Positions 60,401 through 64,000 of a DNA stretch of 64,000 bases are shown here, one piece after another; the first letter of the stretch is position 1, and every line of letters begins with the position of its first letter. Position numbers and translations under genes: made by a program. The DNA is from Dendrobates tinctorius (Eukaryota), in contig NW_027361725.1 in assembly GCF_039654945.1 (NCBI RefSeq), positions 8,742,001-8,806,000 on the forward strand, given 5' to 3'. A model generated the notes under the pieces. The model saw only the letters and a program-made list of their open reading frames with translations. It searched no databases and was not told where the DNA came from.

Positions 60401-61297
60401 GGGGTCTAGTTTCCAAAATGGGGTCACTTGTAGGGGGTTTCCACTGTTTAGGTACTTCAGGGACTCTCCAAACGTGACATGGCGTCTGATCTGAATTCCA
60501 GCCAATTTTGCATTGAAAAAGTCAAACGGCGCCCCTTCCATTCTGAGCTCTGCCATGCGCCGAAACAGTCGTTCTCCCCCCCCCCCCCCCCCCCACACAA
60601 ATCAGGTATCAGCGTACTCAGGACAAATTGCACAATAACTTTTGCAGTCCAATTTCTCCTGTTACCCTTGGTAAAATAAAAAAAATTGAACCTGAAGTAT
60701 TTTTTTTGTGAAAAAAAGTTAATGTTCATTTTTTTTTTTAAATATTCAAAAAAATTCCTGTGACGCACCTAAAGGGTTAATAAACTTCTTGAATGTGGTT
60801 TTGAGCACCTTAAGGGGTGCAGTTTTTAGAATGGTGTCACTTTTGGGTATTTTCTATCATATAGACCCCTCAAAGTGGCTTCAAATGTGATGTGGTCCTA
60901 AAAATAAAATGGTGTTGTAAAAACGAGAAATCGCTGGTCAACTTTTAACCCTTATAACTTCCTAACAAAAAAAAATTTTGGTTCCAAAATTGTGCTGATG
61001 TAAAGTAAACATGTGGGAAATGTTAGTTATCAAGTTTTTTGTGTGCCATATCTCTGTGATTTAAGGGCATAAAAATTCAAAGTTGGAAAATTCCTGTTTT
61101 TTTCACAAATAAACGCAAGTTATTTGAATGAAATTTTACCACTAACATGAAGTACAATATGTCACGAGAAAACAATGTCAGAATCACCGGGATCCATAGA
61201 AGCGTTCCAGAGTTATGACCTCATAAAGGTACAGTGGTCAGAATTGAAAAAATTGGCCCGGTCATGAACGTGCAAACCACCCTTGGGGGTGAAGGGG
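57424..61297. mobile_element. 3.9-kb TTAA-CCCC (piggyBac-like) non-autonomous element with internal tandem repeats of about 380 bp
   Basis: TTAA|CCCCTTC ... GAAGGGG|TTAA; marker ATAAACTTCT recurs near 59190, 59575, 59964, 60337 and 60780; no transposase ORF. Confidence 0.85.
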
Positions 61298-62668
61298 TTA
61301 AAAAAGGATTACAGTATATATCCATTCTGCTTCTATATTGTCAAAGTAAGCACACCAGCCTCATCCAGTGCAGTCTGGCAATGGATACCCTTGTAGGTGA
61401 TAACTAATAGATCAGGGTGAGTCAGATGTCTGGGATCCCCTACAGATCATTAGAAATGAGATCCTGTGAAGAAAAAATACCATGAAACCAGAGATACGAG
61501 CCACTCTGGTTGGTCATGTCTCTAACATAGTTAGCTAGGCCGATAAAAGATATTTGTGTAACGAGTGTGTGGAGTGTGTTTAACATTGCAAAGTATAGGA
61601 GAAGCTCTGGAGTTTGTGGTTTTTTTGTTTCTATTATGGCTTACAAAAAACCAACAGTTGGCAAACGGATCCAAAACACTGACATCAGTACTTTGTTTTG
61701 TTTTTTTTTGTTCTGGTATTATATGGATGTATGAATTGGGCCTTTGAGGTAGGCTGTCAGCAGAGAATGACTGTTCAAACTAAGCACAGGCGCTCAGTGC
61801 ATCATGATGTGGACAATCATTTACATCCTCCTTCCCTCCTGCTTGTACCTCTGTCTCCACTCCCCCACCACCTTTTTCTTTGACAGCTTTGGCTTCATAG
61901 AAGGGTGGATAGATGTAGGTGTATATAAATGATTGGCTGCAGATGATGCATCGAGCGCCTGTGCTTGGTTTGAACAGTCATTCTGTGCTGACAGTCCTTT
62001 TAATGGTGGATGCTCAGGTTTCCCATACACAGGTAAACCTCCGATGTGAGGGCAGCCTTACACCGTGTGTCTCTTGACACTCCCATGTACTGTAACATCT
62101 CGTGTAATAAACCCCCTGATGCGCGCTGCAGCCCCCTGAGCACTATAACTCTGGATTTTGAGGGATTCTCAGCAGCTCTCATCACAACGAGCATTTTTTT
62201 TCCCCAGGAAATGAGCAGAGTCCGGAAGGATATGGCCATCAATCATACATGGGGCAGGGGTCAGATTACTTTTTGCCTGTTTCGTCCTCTTCTGAGGGTT
62301 CACTGACACCAATGTTTTTCTATAATTCGTGCAGATCAGGCTCCAACCAGAGCACAGAAAAAGCACATACAGAAGTGGCAGGATGGATTATCTCCACCCA
62401 AAAATGGAGATTCTTCACGCGGGTGTGCAGGTGGACATCAGAGTAACAGCCTCTGATCATGGGCTGGTGGTCACTGCAAACAGAGCCGCTCTGCAGCCGT
62501 ACCACTAACGGGTGGAGGGCACTAAAATGTCAGCCTCCTCAGATCTGGAGTGCTAAACTTATTGGAGACAGGCCTGTTGTATAGGAGCACAGCCATATTT
62601 CAGCTGTAAATCCTGCTTAAAGGCCGATCCTCCTACCCCTTATTAAAGGGGTTTCCAGTACTTTTCTA

Positions 62669-63031
62669 GAAAAATACTCAGAATTGAGAGTCCTCAGTGG
62701 TTGATACCTTTTAATGGCTAACTGAAAAGATGGTAACACATTGCAAGCTTTCCAGACTACTCAGGTCTTTTCATCAGGCTAGACTAATGCAAAATCTGAA
62801 GAGTCACATATTTATGTACAACACAGCACAGAAAAAATGCATAAATGTGACCCTTCAGATTTGGCATTAGTCTATGCCTGATGAAGAGACCTGAGTAGTC
62901 TCGAAAGCTTGCAATGTATTACCATCTTTTCAGTTAGCCATTAAAAGGTATCAACCACTGAGGACTCTCAATTCTGAATATTTTTCTATCTACTGGCTAA
63001 CACGGTACAAAGATATACATCTTTCCTGTGT
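62669..63031 (+). mobile_element. Penelope-like short element with inverted arms, each carrying a hammerhead motif
   Basis: 13-bp TSD CAGTACTTTTCTA (62656-62668, 63032-63044); arms about 62667-62816 and 62840-62988. Confidence 0.8.
62875..62913 (+). ncRNA. Minimal hammerhead ribozyme-like motif
   Basis: UGC-CUGAUGA-A-GAGAC-cugagua-GUCUC-GAA-AGCU-U-GCA: intact core boxes, stem II, palindromic stem III, 3-bp stem I. Confidence 0.6.
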
Positions 63032-63246
63032 CAGTACTTTTCTATTGATTCAATAGTGTGCGCTGTACACTGTCTACAATCTGGTGTTGAGAGTCATATT
63101 TGATGTCTAGTTGTAGAATGACCCTTGGGCAGCGCTGTACCTCAGGGGTTCTCTCCATGGCTTTGCAGTTGTCCCGAGTTCAGCTCTGACTGAGGACAAT
63201 GAGATTCCAGCTCTCAGGTTTATGCTAGAAACAGCAAAAAGGGAAC

Positions 63247-63915
63247 TGTCAGGAACACCGCACTACACTCGCTCACTGAGCCAGGGCGCATGTCCTGAGT
63301 ACAAAAAACCGTGCTCAAAGATACCTGTGGAGCAGTGCAGCAGCGACGATGCGTGCTTCAGACTATCAGGACCTGAATCACGTGACTGCTGGGTGAGTGA
63401 CCTAAGTTCCACAGAGCTAGGAGCTGCAGGGAAACTCCTAGAAAGGCAACGACGGGACAGGTTACCAAGGGGCATAGACAGGGGCGGAAACCAGATCATG
63501 CTGGGGTCAATGCACGAGATAGCAGGACAGTACCAAAGGGTTAGACAGAGCGGATAGTCAGGAGGTAGCAATAGGTCAGAAAACCAGAACGGGCAATAGA
63601 CGGTACAAAAGGGGGCAAACGGTAGCGGGGTAACAATAGCCAAGCCAGGAGGTCAGAACCAGAGAAGACAATAGTACCTAAAACGTGAGACGGAGTTCAG
63701 AGCGAAGGGACAGGCCGGGTCATACACGGGAATCAAACAAGCAATGCAGAATACGCACACCAGGGGGGGCGGTCAGACACACAGCCAGAATAACAGTATA
63801 GCTGACAGAGAAAGCTAGTCTGGAGTGAATATAAATACCCCTCCCAGATCCAAAGAGAGGCCGGCAAAAGTTAACCCTGTGAGAACAGGAAATTAACCAT
63901 GTCCTAACCATGACA
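63247..63915 (-). mobile_element. Solo LTR
   Basis: TGTCA...TGACA termini, 5-bp TSD GGAAC (63242-63246, 63916-63920); strand inferred from purine skew. Confidence 0.8.
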
Positions 63916-64000
63916 GGAACCTGCTCCATCTTCTCATGAAGCACCCACAGACAGCTTATTAATGACTCCCAGCACCCACAGATAGGTAATTCATATGATT

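Overview
Eukaryotic genomic DNA, most likely from a frog (inferred from the repeat landscape). It carries the conserved vertebrate block KLHDC1 (minus strand, coding exons 1-4, runs off the left edge), POLE2 (plus strand, complete, 19 exons, 527 aa, with a U12-type AT-AC intron 8) and DNAAF2/kintoun (plus strand, complete, 3 exons, 686 aa). KLHDC1 and POLE2 are head-to-head and share a promoter region of about 350 bp. Most of the rest is transposon-derived. POLE2 intron 7 (13.6 kb) is a nested stack: a TTAA-CCCC non-autonomous element holds a solo LTR and a full-length DIRS1-like tyrosine-recombinase retrotransposon, which in turn holds a Harbinger-like MITE, a solo LTR, a hAT transposon (with its own MITE) and a Tc1 transposon. 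Other repeats include a 49 x 41-bp minisatellite, an L1 3' fragment, Penelope-like inverted remnants with hammerhead-ribozyme motifs, a V-SINE and many MITEs. The most notable observations are the DIRS right terminal segment lying flipped between its inverted repeats, an inverted pair of minimal hammerhead motifs in a TSD-flanked element, and a CCAAT plus CDE/CHR-like array inside the POLE2 minor intron. All calls come from manual reading; no database searches were run.
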